Below, in pieces: positions 63,669 to 64,000 of a DNA stretch of 64,000 bases (within the stretch, counting starts at the first letter, position 1; each line of letters starts with the position of its first letter). The notes below the pieces were generated by a model. That model was given only the letters and a program-made list of their open reading frames with translations. It was not told the origin of the DNA and did not search any database. The translations under genes and the position numbers were made by a program. Source of the DNA: Eledone cirrhosa (Eukaryota); the NCBI GenBank assembly GCA_964016885.1, contig OZ024742.1:378076001-378140000 (forward strand), read 5' to 3'.

Positions 63669-64000
63669 TCTATATATATAAAACTGAGGTTGTCTGTCTG
63701 TCTGTCTACTAAAACGGTCAACACACATCTCCTCCTAAACCGTACGTTCAAATTTCGGTAAAATTACTACACTTATAGATGAAGGTCCGGCGGAGATATC
63801 GGTCAAAAGAATTTTCAAATCGACCCACGCCAAGTGCAAATATTGAATTTTTAATGTATTGATTTTTCAGTTCAAATGTATAAATAGAGATGAGAGATGA
63901 GTTATTTCCCTTTTATGGCGTCATTCTCTCTATCTATTTACGTTACGAATATACGACGCGTGCAAAAGTACAAAATTACGCGAACAGTTTTCGGACTAGC
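63669..64000 (+). mobile_element. Second Helitron-like element of the same family, 5' part only (runs off the window)
   Basis: It starts A|TCTATATATATAAAACTGAGGTTGTCTGTCTG and aligns with 62536-62835, with scattered substitutions and small indels, up to CGACGCG at 63960. The sequences then diverge. Confidence 0.8.

Noticed and set aside
63117-63728. Three short ORFs (97, 63 and 74 aa)
   Set aside because: They overlap microsatellites and element termini, and show no recognisable domain or Rep/helicase motifs.

Overview
This is eukaryotic, non-coding, repeat-dominated DNA with no supportable protein-coding gene. Positions 1-57048 are one tandem satellite array of about 1,100 copies of a 50-bp monomer (GTTTAACAAGTGACAGAAGTAGAAATATGTTCTAGTCTTCTGTAGAGATA), including a 57-bp variant with a TATGTTC duplication. 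The array is organised into nested higher-order repeats (914, 1378, 1928, 2556, 3185, 4363 and 8176 bp) and becomes less ordered toward its right edge. It ends in a 114-bp inverted piece of itself (57047-57160), joined through short microhomologies to a second, C-rich 33/34-bp minisatellite (57158-62203) that contains a 1380-bp duplication. After about 330 bp of AT-rich unique sequence come two head-to-tail non-autonomous Helitron-like elements (62536-63665 complete, 63669-64000 cut by the window end). The first contains a SINE fragment that I recall as resembling an abundant octopus SINE, so a cephalopod origin is possible (inference from memory, not a search). All supplied ORFs are judged spurious. 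I found no convincing new gene-based system. The noteworthy items are structural: a palindromic monomer, layered higher-order repeats, an inverted junction, a G4/i-motif-prone border repeat and tandem Helitrons.
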